This document shows, one piece after another, positions 35,890 through 45,613 of a DNA stretch of 45,613 bases. The position numbers and the translations under genes are program-made. Each line of letters begins with the position of its first letter. Within the stretch, counting starts at the first letter, position 1. A model generated the notes under the pieces. It made no database searches, had not been told where the DNA came from, and saw only the letters and a list, made by a program, of their open reading frames with translations. Source of the stretch: Diploschistes diacapsis (lineage: Eukaryota); the NCBI GenBank assembly GCA_023645945.1, contig JALAIB010000029.1:1-45613 (forward strand). The letters are read 5' to 3'.

Positions 35890-38770
35890 ATGGCCAGCTT
35901 CAGAAGGTCATCGTCGACAAGTTACGACACACCAAGAACCATGCTAGGCACACTTCGCGAAGCACAGCTCATTAACCCCAAGCCCGTGCTCCCAGCAGGT
36001 CAGTGCAAGATCCTGACGATATTTGATCAGGATGAGGCTTATCAGTGCTAGAGATTCTATCTATGGTGCTCGATTACCTCTCCGTCTCGGACCTCATACA
36101 CTGCGCCCGCGTCTCGAAACTATTGCATGAGATGGTATACGATGACACAAGATGGGTCAGGAAATTACGGGCGATGGGCTGCTGGGACGAAGGTGCGGCA
36201 AGAGCGCGAGGTGAGGCGGCTCGGCGCAAAAACCTCGACATTCTCCACGTGGCCGCGGCCCCAGTACTGCTCAAGGAAAGAAATGTCTCTGACTCTAGTA
36301 CTTTTCCCAGAGGGGAGAACCCAAGCATAGTGGTATCGCAGCCTATGACAAACTCTATTACTCAGCAGTTTCAAGGGCAAACCCAGAGTCAATCCGATCG
36401 GAAGGATTATGTAGATGGATTCGACCACACTACGTTATCACCGAATGGTTTCGGTCCTCCGTCACCAACGCAGCCACTAGACAACGAATCAATACTCCAT
36501 GTCCTTGAGAGCGCACGTTCTATTCGAGGCGCAGCCAGAGGCGAATATGGCCGTGTACATGCCGCTCTTAGGCCGTTCTACAAAGATGCTGTGAGGTCCA
36601 AACATCCGTCAAGCGCAAAAGTCTTCCGAGTATATCGCGATCCAGATCAACAGGCACAGATGCTATCACAATTGACACGGTTTGCTAAAAGTGATTTTAC
36701 GCAAGGCCGACTGCAGAGGGAAAAGAGGCTGTCCTTCATGGTGGCTGCCTTCGAAGACGCCGTTGCTAAGGAGTATGATCAAGGCCTGCGCATGGGAGAC
36801 GTTGATGGGCGGATGCGCAAATACGCTCACGTGCTAGTGACCCTCAATGGCGGGCAGCGCGCGGTAGATCGCTTCCTGGCCGAGAATGCTATTTTAAAGG
36901 ATGGTCTGCAACTGGGGAATCCAATGGACTGCTTTAGTCCCAACAACCCTGAAGTTCTCTTCCTGGAGGAAATTCACGGCTTCTTCGGGCATCTGTCCGC
37001 GGCCTTTAACTCTCAGCTCTCAATCATAGGCAGGGTTTTTCCGCTTTCCGTCAACGTGACGGTTCCTCTACTACGCAAAATAGGCTCGGAAATTATCGGT
37101 CCATATCTCGAAAAACTTTTCAGTCATGCTAGAGAATCCAGCGTTGAGTCCTATGTTCGAGCCATTTCCGGCAGTTACGAACAAATGATACAGTTCGCGG
37201 GATCTCTACGCTCATTACCAATCTATGAACGCGCACAGCAAGATATGCTTCATGGAATGGTTGCGGAAATGTTTTCCTTGCATTTCATGAGCTATTTTCA
37301 CGAAGAATTAGAGTACTTCCGCCGAAGGTCTGATGCAGAAGTGACGGGATGGGAACGTCAGCTATCACAGCAAGATGCCTCTATTGAATCGATATTCATG
37401 TCCAGCGTTAATCGGCAAGCAGACAAGCGAGACTTTCTGTCCTCGTTCAGAAAGGTTATCATGGCTCCTGTGAATGCCCTACCAACCTTTCCATTCGGTG
37501 GTAAAGGTTCCTCTCAACGGTTTCCTGGAGATGCAGCGGAAGTCTTGTCCAGTCGGCCCTCAAGCAGATCGTCTACTCCGGCGCTTGGGAAAGCGCACCA
37601 ACAGAGGGATGCTGCAAGGACGCCTTCCCCCTTTGCAGAGCCACCCTCAACCGAATTAGCTGCAAAGGCTGCCATCATGAAGTCTAGACTAGAGGGTATC
37701 AAATCTCTGTTCAGCCTAGAAGTTGCGCTGAACCTCGTTCATATGGCCAAATCCAGCATTGACCGCGTAGCTGTCTTCGCAAGACTCGCAAATGAGTTTC
37801 AAGTCGAGGCCCGAAACCAATGCCAAGCGATCTTTATCCTCTTAACGAAGACTTTGGGAAACCGGCATGTACGTGCGGGTTTTGATCAGGCTGTCGAGCA
37901 CCTCTCAAAGTACAATCCGCGTGCAGCTAGCGACCGCGCAGACCAGCCTGGGGTTGCTCCGCTTGTGGTCTTTCTGGAGCTCGTGAACGTCGGCGATCTA
38001 ATACAGCAGATGCTCGATGTCTTCTACGAGCAAGAGCTTGTTGCAACAAAGCTCACGGACCGTAACGACTTCTTGGGTCCGACCATCAAAGAGAAAAAGC
38101 GATTCGAGCAAATGCTCGATGAACGGGTAGCTGCGGGCTTGAACAAAGGCATCGAGGTTCTCATGGCCGAGGTTGAATATCTGTGTGCCACGACCCAGAA
38201 TGTAGAAGACTTCAACCCAGGGGCGACCGGTGTTGCCATAAACGAGCTTATTGATGTCAGTCCTACGGACACTGCTGTCGGGGTTGTGGATGTCGTGTCC
38301 GCCCACACGAAAATGCTAGTGGGGAGCACGGACAAGAACATGCTAGATGTCTTCAACCAAGAAGTTGGGCTTCGACTCTTTAACGCGCTGTGCAAACATT
38401 TGAAGCGACAGCGTATAAGCGTTGCCGGATCGATCCGGCTTATCAGGTAAGCGCCTACTTTTTTGAGCAAAATAGAAATATGGCTGAAGCAGGCTCCAGC
38501 GACATTAACCATTACTTCAATTTTATCCAGTCGCTGAAGAACAAGGATCTTCTTCAGTATTTCAGGGCCTTGCGCGAACTTTCGCAGATATATCTTGTCA
38601 GCCCAAACCATGCAAAGGAGCTGGCAGCCATCATAGCGGACAATGAACGCTTCCTCGGTATATTTCGAGCCGAAGAAGTTTATGAATTTGCAGAGAGACG
38701 AGCGGATTGGTACCAGGTCAAATCCAGAGTCGAGAAAGCTATGTATGGAATTGGATGTACCTTGATGTAA
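35890..38770 (+). CDS. RCY1: Recyclin-1: F-box protein with a Sec10-like domain; 3 exons
   Basis: F-box LPA|EILSMVLDYLSVSDLIHCARVS...VYDDTRWV, ADKRDFLSSF, SLFSLEVAL, KKRFEQMLDERVAAGL, EVYEFAERRADW. Introns 35999-36051 and 38447-38499. Confidence 0.93.
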
Positions 38771-39179
38771 GAGGCTGCTTCCAAACCTGTTGTGCCTACC
38801 CGTCCCAATTTCCCTCGACAAAACTGCGCTGCTGCAGTACACGGCAATGAGCCGAGATCATCAAGCGTAATGAAACCAGCTTAACTACAAACATGTGACT
38901 TTTCGAGCCTGGGAGATTGTAGGGCTGTTCCAAGGGATGGTGTCCATACAGCAGACTGTTGGACAGACAGGTCAATAAAGTAAACCACAGGTCTAAGTAA
39001 TAATACATGTACTATGCAAGGGAAAGTTTCTGGATGAATGAGTGCAGAGGAGCGTAGTCTATCAGCAGACCCTCCAGGTTCAAGGGTGACCGAACGGGAT
39101 TATAACTTCTTTCCCATAGGACCTCCTATCTTTGTCGCAGAAGAAACAGCAACGACCGTCACCATCATCTTTACCGCCC

Positions 39180-39930
39180 TTACAGATTGAGCAGGGAAGC
39201 TTTCGAGAAATTCGAAAGACCTAGGCGGTTATGGGAGCAGCTGAGCAGATTGAGGTTGATCAGACTTACAGACTAGCATAGCATGGTTATAAACTTGAAA
39301 TAATAGAAAAATAATCGAGCGAGGTGCCGCTTATCTGGGAATTGCCCTGACAACAGAAAACTTGCTGAAGGCATTGGCCGTTGTCAAGGAGACCATCGAT
39401 AGCAACTGCGCAGTTAACATTAGGTTCTGGGTTGGCCAAGCAAGTATCTTCTGCAAATTGCTATATGACTTACGGAGACCAATGTTTAGGGGAAGGCATT
39501 GAAGACCGCTCAAGCCCAGAAGGCCAGAATTCGTTCCCGACGTATTGCAGCATGCCTCCACAAGTCCTTTGCCGCAGGTTGCACCGCTGTTGCCACTACC
39601 ACCACTACCGTCAGTACTGGCAGCCCCTGTTCCTGAACCGCCTGTGCTGCCCGATCCAGCGACAGACCCAGCAGCGGACCCAGCATCAGACCCGGATCCA
39701 GATCCGTTAGAAGATGAGCCTGTCCCATCAGAGCTTGGCGTAGAGCCTGAGCCGGTGGAGCCGGAGGAGCCGGAAGAGCCTGTGCTCCCGGTGCCAGTGC
39801 TTCCAGAACTAGAGCCACTTCCCGTGGAAGGATAACTGGGAGAGTCTCTTCTCTAGACTTCAGCCTTGATAGGACTCCCCAGCATCCCAATGGCCAAGGA
39901 GGTGAGAATGGCGAGTGAGTTGAACTGCAT
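39180..39930 (-). pseudogene. Class I hydrophobin with a long Gly/Ser/Thr-rich N-terminal linker; disrupted by an in-frame TAG and an AT splice donor
   Basis: MQFNSLAILTSLAIGMLGSPIKAEV*RRD, a GS-rich tract, then C-x7-CC-x16-C-x18-C-x5-CC-x16-C after removing introns 39406-39473 and 39273-39334. Confidence 0.85.
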
Positions 39931-41909
39931 GTCTGCTGCAATATCGTTCAAAAGAAGTATGAAAACGGATAGCTGACACCGGAAAGGTCAGTAAACGAAG
40001 GCAAAGAATAGTAAGAAAGCAAGGCCTCCCAACAAGCTGCGAGAAGTAGTGAGCGACATGGTGCATCCTTCACCGCGAATGCCAACGCCCTGATATGTTT
40101 TTCTGGCAGATCAAGAAACCCTCCATCAATGCTGCACCTGAGCAATTCGCCGCCTTTTCGACTCAACGTTCGAGGCCTTTCAACGTTACATGTAGGACTT
40201 TGTGCCTTGGAAGACTTACATGTGCGACATACACTTTGTATGCAGCGATTGATGATCGAGAAACATGTAGATCCCACTTTCATTTCTTGCCATACATGGC
40301 CAAAGTACCAGGATAAGTTCCAGAACAGCGGATTGCACAGCACTTGCAATGGACCGGCGGAAGTCAGTCGATGGCAGAATCCGTGTGCATCCAGGAGGGT
40401 CTGCAAGAGATAGTTTCTGACACAAAAGCAGGAACCACTCTCATGTGTTTCAGAATGGACAGAATGGGCGGCAAACCAGCTACTAGGTGAGATTGGACGG
40501 CGCTTGGAAAAATCACACGACTCCATGCAGATGCTCAACAGTGTTGCCCGGAAAGATGTAATATGCGAGCATTTTCAAGTCAGTCATGCTTGCAGCTCAA
40601 GATAGAGAGCAAGCCATATCGGATGATGCTATCGTGAGGTCAGTGTCGGCTTAGCTCTTGTCCCAAGCTAGTTGCGCACATAACTCGTGAGCTGCCGAAA
40701 GAATATGCCCGATTTCAACATCCTCTTGGTTAAGAAAGACGAGCAGTATGTCAAATCCATCTCCTTCCGAAATTTTAAGACCTTCAAAACCCACAAGACT
40801 TGGATTCCATACCTTGTGCCCCCTCACAGATCTTTGTAACGGGTGAGGAGTCACGATTGGTATTACATGACCTGAATCTTGCAAGCCATACATTGAACAC
40901 CGGTTTCGTTGATCGACCATCTTGGTGATAGCGTAAATAATTGTCTCGCCCAGATAGCTCAAGAAGACTAAGTCTGCCTACAGGTCGAGAAGCAAGCTCG
41001 CCGCTAACTTCCAATTCGAGTATTGGAAAAGGGGGTTGCGCAACTCGTCTCCGTATACTACCCCAGGTATTATGGTGTTATTCTGAATTTTGGGAGCACC
41101 AGAGAACCTATGTCTGGAGACAATGTTCCCATGGAACGAGACTAACACCTTCCTACTCTTTGGGGCGGATTCCCAGGCGCCTTTGCATAAAAAACTGGAA
41201 TGTGAATCGCACCTGTCAGCCATCATGGAACAGTAGAGCTCGAGTGCAGTGTTGTTGGTGGCGATACATACAATGTTTGGAATTGTCTGCTTAGTGCGAG
41301 TAGGATAACGTTACAAACCCATCAGATTTGCAAGAGCGGTATTCTCTCGGCTGTTCTGTAATAGCATAAAATGGTGGCATATACGAAACAGTAAGTATTG
41401 GACTTTGGACGCAGTAGTACAGAGGTAGACCCAATATCAGATTCGAGATCATTAGCTTAGAAGTCCTTATATCCTTCAGTTCACAAAGGTCAGCATATTG
41501 AGGCTATAGACTTTTCACAATCGACGGGGTACATAGGTTCCATTACCTATGCAAGTAGAACATTGCCTTACGAGTTCCCTCGAAGGATAGTAGATGTTCG
41601 AAGAACTTCGTAAGGGCTGTTGGGAGCATTGCACTTACCAACAAAAGCGCGAGTAGGTGATAGAGAACGAAGTAGAATCTAACCAAACAGTCGTTGTACA
41701 CCGAAGAAGTAATACGAAATTTTCCCAGTTACCAGGAGACGTTATGGTTCTGATGACAGCCTGCCTTACTCTGCATGATCCACTTTGGTTCTAAAGACCT
41801 ACCATAACCAAACATCTGACGAGGATGGCTGGTACCCTGAACGCTCAGGGTTACGAGAGACTGCTATCTTGGGGGTTTGCTAATGATCCTGCTTTGAGCA
41901 GCTGCTTGC

Positions 41910-42953
41910 TCAACGTAGCGGCAAGATGTGCTGTGCCAGCACGCTCTGCCTGCAAAGAGGGCATTCGGGCTTCTCCCTAATCCAGTCGGCAATGCAACTC
42001 CAACAAAAGACGTGTCCACAGGTTGCGACACTGGGGTTCTTTCCTTCTTCGAGGCAGAGTGTACATTTCCTTTGCTGTTCGCCTCCAATCCACTTCATGG
42101 ATGAGTCGTCCGCCAACGAATATCGCGGGCTTTGCAGCACTGGGGTTTGAGTGGTGTGTTCCAGAGCCACGATGAACCGTGTCGCATGAGATGGTAGGTT
42201 GTGGGCAAACTTCTCATGTGCATCTGGAAGGAGCCATTGGTTTTCTGCGCCAACGTTGAAGCCCTTGTGGGCGGTGCGGAACGTGGCTTGCACATGGATC
42301 CAACCTTGGATGATCAATTGCATGAAGAGTAGAACGCCAAGAACCTCATAGCTCAAGCCTTCAGCCAACCCATTGGGCTTCTTGCTGAGGACATATTTGA
42401 GTCGCCAAACGCGTTTGCTGATATGATAGTATGCCCCGGAAAAATAGAACACTCCAAGGCTGATGCCATACAACAAGGATGGGGAGGTGAATGTCTCCAG
42501 ATTAGCCAGGATATATAGCTTGAGGCGACATGACAAGAGCTGCAGAGAGGTTTGGCGCTGATGCGTTGCTTCTGGTTTTGAATGCAAATTTGATTCCAGC
42601 AACCCGCGAAGTCGGGGTGCAAGCTTCGCAAACGCATACGGCAACAGAACGGCCGACACTATGTAGCCAGCGCGCGTTTTTAAACTCGGCAGGACACGTT
42701 TGGGATGCTCGACTTGAACAATATCACAATACTCTTCGCCTAAAGTCCGATTCCCTATTAAAGTGGTGCAGCCGAAGTATAACAGCGCCGTCAGGGCACG
42801 AGCTTCGGAAGTACGAGTTTGGACAAATCTGGATCCATAAATCCGCCGCATCGCATTTGATAGACGTTCCAGCAAAACATCCTGAAAGAAGCTGTCCTTT
42901 TCCGTAGATCGTATGATATCAGGAGCAGTAGCATAAGAGTAATCACGACTCAT
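41910..42953 (-). CDS. PEX10: Peroxisomal RING-finger E3 ligase Pex10
   Basis: APDIIRS.EKD, TTLIGNRTLGEEYCDIVQ, FYFSGAYYHISKR, YEVLGVLL, and a C3HC4 RING CTLC...CGHVFCWSC...CPLCR. Confidence 0.95.
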   Translation of the reverse strand: MSRDYSYATAPDIIRSTEKDSFFQDVLLERLSNAMRRIYGSRFVQTRTSEARALTALLYFGCTTLIGNRTLGEEYCDIVQVEHPKRVLPSLKTRAGYIVSAVLLPYAFAKLAPRLRGLLESNLHSKPEATHQRQTSLQLLSCRLKLYILANLETFTSPSLLYGISLGVFYFSGAYYHISKRVWRLKYVLSKKPNGLAEGLSYEVLGVLLFMQLIIQGWIHVQATFRTAHKGFNVGAENQWLLPDAHEKFAHNLPSHATRFIVALEHTTQTPVLQSPRYSLADDSSMKWIGGEQQRKCTLCLEEGKNPSVATCGHVFCWSCIADWIREKPECPLCRQSVLAQHILPLR

Positions 42954-43149
42954 TTCCACGGTTTTCTCGTGTTAGAGTGCCAACGCTCTGTCTGAGAGAT
43001 ATCCAGATTTGCCCTTGGTCAAAAAGTGTGTAAAACCGGATATAAGCCGGTAAAGACCGATATACCTTCTCCTGCGCTCCTTGACTTCTAGCAGCAGACT
43101 TGTAGTGGTGTAGATCCCAGCCTAATCATTTGTTTTAGAGAATTTCGGA

Positions 43150-44587
43150 ATGAATGGGGGTCCAGCTGTAGAGCCAGAACTTGATACTTTTTCTTTGCTT
43201 CTGCCTCTTCCTTATCGGGTTGCTATAAGTCTCGTGCTAGGTATAGGTCTCGGCCGGGTTCTAAACGACTTCGCAAGCTAAGCTTTCTCAGGAGTATGGG
43301 CCTGGGCTGGAAATCTGCACGGCTTGTCTCTCGCAAAGATCGTGAGCCACCGTTCAGTTGCTCGGCTCTTTCACTAAAGGGTGTTCAGGATGTTGCTAGC
43401 CTCGTCAAATATCCGCCTCGCATTGCCGCTGGCAGCACTCCTCATCATCTTCGCGTTTATCGCTTAGCGATATTTCTTTCAGCTCCGTTAGCAATATCTT
43501 TGTTGCTCTTTTGGACCATCACTTGGAAGAGGGCGATACTAGTCCTCCGCTGGGACGTACTGCCGCAATCCTACCTACTGTTGTTGGCACTATTCTTTTT
43601 ACTTCCTCTTCAGAGAGTTTCAAAGACTGGGCGGTATCGATTCCTCTCCACATTGAAACGTGTTAGCATTGGCGGCATTGCCGAGGCACGATATGGCAAG
43701 TTCGGTGACATTTTGCTTGCTGATGTTTTGACATCATATGCTAAGGTCCTTGGGGACCTTTTCGTCTCCACATGTATGTTCTTCTCTAGCAAGTACTCAT
43801 CAACCGCGAAGCCTGACCGAGAGTGTGGCGGAGCATTCTTTGTCCCAATCATCATCAGCATTCCTAGCCTGATCCGCCTCCGGCAATGCCTCATTGAATA
43901 CGGCCGTGCTAGGAGAGCCTCGCAATCGCCTGGTGGCTCCATAGATTCTAGCTGGGGCGGTCAACATTTGGCTAATGCCTTCAAATACTCAAGTGCGTTT
44001 CCCGTCATCATACTTTCGTCACTGCAGCGAGGCCGTACTGCTTTCGATTACGGGTTGCCTGAGACTGCACTTTTCCGTTGGTGGTAAGAACACTACAGTC
44101 ATCTGAACTGGATTTGACAAGTCTATTGACGTAGCCTAGGCTGTTTTTTGTGTTTCTCAACTCCTTCTATTCATTCTACTGGGACGTCGCAAAGGATTGG
44201 GATCTTACGTTGTTCGCAGGAACAAAAGAACGCAATAGTCCTGAGCATGAGTGGGGTTTGAGACGGGATATCTGTTTTGAAAGTGCACGCTTGTACTACG
44301 TAGCTATCTTAGCAGACTTGATCCTGCGATGTACCTGGAGCCTTAAGCTCTCCCCACATCTTGTCCATTTCAACGATTTGGAAGCCGGGATTTTCGTCAT
44401 AGAGCTTCTTGAAGTGTTTCGGCGGTGGATCTGGATCTTTTTCCGCGTGGAGACGGAGTGGAGTGAGCAGCGTCGTTCACCCATGTTGCCACTCCGCTAA
44501 TCATTTTTAGTCCGTACAAACCGCGGTCCAGCTTCGGATGATGTTCTACTAGGTGCCTATCAGTCAGGATACGAGTCGGATCAATGA
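43150..44587 (+). CDS. ERD1: EXS-domain protein-ER retention protein; 5 exons
   Basis: LPLPYRVA...GVWAWAGNL, KFGDILLADVLTSYAK, IRLRQCL, HLANAFKY, NSFYSFYWDVAKDWDL, RRWIWIFFRVETEW. Introns 43241-43291, 43342-43388, 44084-44139, 44463-44510. Confidence 0.93.
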
Positions 44588-45456
44588 AGCTGAGACATGT
44601 ATCCGTTGCAAGGGTCCGGCATGAGGCATAGTTCCTCATCGCTTAAGCTTTGATAGACAACGTTAAAACTCCTCACAATCGATGGTTGGCAGAGCAAAAA
44701 GAAGGAGCACTCAATATCGGAGATGTCTGTTCGGAGCACTACTCCGACTGCGAGCGCTTATACCTTTAGCTGATTTTGCAGTATCCTCACTTGTCGAAAA
44801 CCCTTCCCAAGAAGTTGGTTGAGGACGAAGCGAATAATATGGGTCGAATCTTGGTTCAAACACAGTTCGACTTTTCCGAAGCTTCTGGAAGCATTTGGGT
44901 TGCTCCAATGAACAGTCCCTCTACAGAGGCGATGTCTGGCGGGTCTATATGTTTAGTGTTGATGCGAGGTTGATGGATGCTTCGCAGCATGCATCTAAAA
45001 CCGCAATATCAAATGTCGGCCAAGCAAGTTGCCAGTGGGCGGCGACCATCATCAAGATTTCTATTCGTTTGAGGCAGCGTAATTCTCTGTTCATTACGCA
45101 GCCTAGGCAGCCGATGTTTAGGTTTAATAAGGAACTTGTATCCCTTTTGCAGCCGCTCACAGTACGCAGTATTTGTTAATCACCCAAAGCTCACCGAGCT
45201 TGAGAAGCCTTTACACGTCCGTTGAAGGCCTCACTGTAGCTTTACGGCCCCGTCCCAAGCTCCCATCCCGTAACCTGCTTGACGGGTTTGCTGGGTACGA
45301 GGGTAGGGCACATAGTCGGTTTCATCAGTCTTGAACATCTTAATTCGGGGAAGAGTAGCTTTCCAACATCATAATAGCAATGATGTAGATTTAAGCTTAT
45401 ACTTTGTACCTTGTAGTGAGTGATACGAGCCAGACTGACTGCGTTATAAGCGTACA

Positions 45457-45613
45457 TACAAGTCACGTCCCAAAAGTAATGGTCCCTCCACCAAAACACA
45501 CCAAAATTTTCGCATTTCAGGAAGCTCCCAACTCATCAATTAAAGGTTTTAGGAATTGAAAAGATTATAAAAGACATTTAAAACTACGCTCAATATATAT
45601 AAATTCTTTTAAA
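45457..45613 (+). mobile_element. Possible Tc1-like transposon terminus leading into AT-rich (possibly RIP-affected) sequence
   Basis: TA + CAAGTCACGTCCCAAAAGTAATGG resembles Tc1-type TIR starts (CAGT-N6-CAAAAGT). The sequence becomes strongly AT-rich from ~45535. Confidence 0.3.

Noticed and set aside
38024..38842. 272-aa minus-strand ORF
   Set aside because: Antisense to the conserved RCY1 C-terminus.
39510..39941. ORF-track Pro-rich ORFs (39545-39835 plus; 39510-39941 minus)
   Set aside because: Antisense and off-frame readings of the hydrophobin Gly/Ser linker.
44690..45240. Short ORFs downstream of ERD1
   Set aside because: No recognisable domain or coherent splice structure.

Overview
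Gene-dense, intron-containing eukaryotic DNA from a filamentous ascomycete (Pezizomycotina, inferred from the gene content and the ~45-70 nt GT-AG introns with CTRAY branch sites). The left end (1-924) holds Fot1/pogo-type DNA transposon remnants, including a RIP-mutated transposase. The right end is AT-rich and may be another transposon terminus. Genes in order: an orphan multi-exon ORF, a secreted phytase-like esterase, a LYAR-type zinc-finger nucleolar protein, a FAR1/Mutator-derived DNA-binding protein, a frameshifted phospholipase/carboxylesterase, MSH3, an uncharacterised C2H2-like protein, BET2, a RhoGAP, RSM23, RRS1, MCM7, PEX1, RCY1, PEX10 and ERD1. The most notable item is only partly visible in the ORF track: a class I hydrophobin gene (39180-39930, minus) with a ~90-aa Gly/Ser linker, an in-frame TAG at codon 26 and an AT in place of a GT splice donor. 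Two GC-AG introns (BET2, MCM7) are also supported. All exon structures were deduced by eye and no database searches were run.
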